Origin: Squalus acanthias
Lineage: Eukaryota
NCBI GenBank assembly: GCA_030390025.1
Contig: CM059431.1
Span: 131,504,001-131,568,000, forward strand
Reading direction: 5' to 3'
Length of the DNA: 64,000 bases
Position 1 is the stretch's first letter, and the number at the start of each line of letters is the position of its first letter. Below the pieces are notes generated by a model that saw only the letters and a program-made list of their open reading frames with translations, was not told the DNA's origin and made no database searches. Of the stretch, positions 62,495-64,000 are shown piece by piece. A program made the translations under genes and the position numbers.

Positions 62495-62689
62495 AATGAG
62501 AAGTCGCACAACACCAGGTTATAGTCCAACAGATTTATTTAATTTTACAAGCTTTCGGAGCTATTCGCTCCTTCCTCAGGCGAATAGCTCCGAAAGCTTG
62601 TAAAATTAAATAAATCTGTTGGACTATAACCTGGTGTTGTGCGACTTCTCATTTTTGTCCACCCCAGTCCAACGCCGGCATCTCCACAT
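62495..62689. mobile_element. Fold-back mini Penelope-like element (family A) with HHR
   Basis: Arms ~62493-62568 and 62580-62654 are reverse complements and match 8971-9093. TSD cgtgtcgtattaa at 62482-62494 and 62690-62702. Confidence 0.92.
62546..62579 (-). ncRNA. Minimal hammerhead ribozyme motif (PLE family A variant)
   Basis: The reverse complement reads CUGAGGA-a-GGAGC-gaaua-GCUCC-GAAA-gcuugua. Confidence 0.7.
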
Positions 62690-63699
62690 CGTGTCGTATT
62701 AACACAGCACCCATTTAGCACCTGTTTTTACCGTTTGGCCAAGATAACCCCTTGTGTGTCGAAAGTATGTTCTGGATGTTTCCATTTTGACAGCTTCAGA
62801 TTATGATACTAATGCTGTGTGGGTGATGCTGTAAACAGGAATGCTGCTAATAGATGGTGTCAGGAATATAGTGCTCAGTACGAAGCTGCAAAAATAGAAT
62901 GAGGCTGTGCTGCACAGGAGTGGCGAGACTTTCAGTTGTCTCATTAAGACTATCTCCAGAGAGTTTCTCCTTTAGTAGACACAGTGAGCTCAGGGTTGAA
63001 TCTGTTTCCGTATCTTATTATGTTCGTTCTCCCAAAGATGCCAAGGTCACGACTTGTTGTAAATGAATTTTCCCAAAGGCACATTTAATGAAGAGACTGT
63101 TAACTAATTACCAGTATGTTTGGGTTACATTCATTCTTTAATTGACCTGAAAGCATTGGGAACAAAAGACCCTCTAGGATGATGATTTACTCAGAGGACA
63201 AGCAGAATGACTTATTATGTTTGTTTTTGCCTTTGGCTTGTTCTGTAGGACAAGCTAGGTGGAAAATGCGGTGAGTAAAGCATCTTCTGTCTCTTTGGAA
63301 ATCCTACGTTAACAAAAGGAATGCTCACAGTTTTGTTTTTCAATTTTTGTTTCACTTTTTAAAATTCCGTTTAATAATTGCACTTGTCTGAAAAAGAAAT
63401 ACTTTGGCATAGCTTCAATTCGGTTTTGTTTGAAAGAAGTGCCTTTTGTGTTCTGGACATATTTACTTTCATTTTTGCACTTTTGGCAACTGGCATTAAT
63501 TAATAAACAAACCAGTAAATTACAACTTAACATCTCATTACAACTTTTGTTAACAGGATCTGAGAATTTTTTTTATTGGTTAACGTCCACAAGCACATCC
63601 ACGGCACGATGGGGCAACTGACTACACAAGGATGCACAACCAAGTGTAGAAATGCAGTGGTCATAGAGGATTCGATAGACAGGCATTTCTGCAACCGCC

Positions 63700-64000
63700 T
63701 ACAGACAATGGCTCCACGCACCCACTTCCAGTGAAGGTGGGAGTGGGCTGGCTGACACAAAGTGGCAGGTTTCAGGATGGCTCAGGGACCGGGTGAGAGG
63801 GCACACAGGTATTCGGACACGGTACTGGAGGTCCTGGCGAAGGAGGTCTAGAGGAGGAGGGATTTCCTGTACCTGCAGTGGGGAAGGAGTCCACTTCACC
63901 CTCCTGTCCCTCTCTGCTGCAGCAGCTTGTGCTGCTCTGCCTGGCCTCATGTCCTCCTCCCTTTCCTCTTGCAGACCAAGGGGGACCCCTAGTAAGTTGC
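63700..64000 (-). mobile_element. Partial inverted copy of the 61487-62751 element family
   Basis: Shares ctaggggtcccccttgg..catgaggccaggcagagcagcac (MRPGRAA.AAA in both ORF translations). Confidence 0.7.

Larger units (their letters stand above)
61487..62751 (+). mobile_element. Harbinger-like non-autonomous element
   Basis: Ends gggcaattttc ... aagataacccc. The internal segment 62030-62330 recurs inverted at 63700-64000. Confidence 0.55.

Overview
This is eukaryotic, transposon-dominated DNA. It is inferred to be intronic or intergenic sequence of a cartilaginous fish, from the SacSINE1-like DeuSINEs, the HE1-like V-SINE and the HER1/CR1-type LINEs. No complete host gene, rRNA, tRNA or CRISPR array is supportable, and most short ORFs in the track are spurious or TE-derived. 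The window holds CR1, L2 and jockey-like LINE fragments, one with a nearly intact ORF2. Two families of Penelope-like elements (PLEs, GIY-YIG) carry minimal hammerhead ribozyme (HHR) motifs. PIF/Harbinger elements include Myb/SANT-coding deletion derivatives, a transposase relic and several MITEs with 3-bp TSDs. There are also Tc1/mariner-type and hAT-type MITEs, SINEs and minisatellites. The most notable items are: a young PLE with ~374-bp inverted arms; a 195-bp TSD-flanked fold-back mini-element of the same family made of little more than an HHR hairpin; deep nesting of insertions; and a 24-bp locally templated filler at a LINE 5' junction. All calls were made by eye, with no database search.
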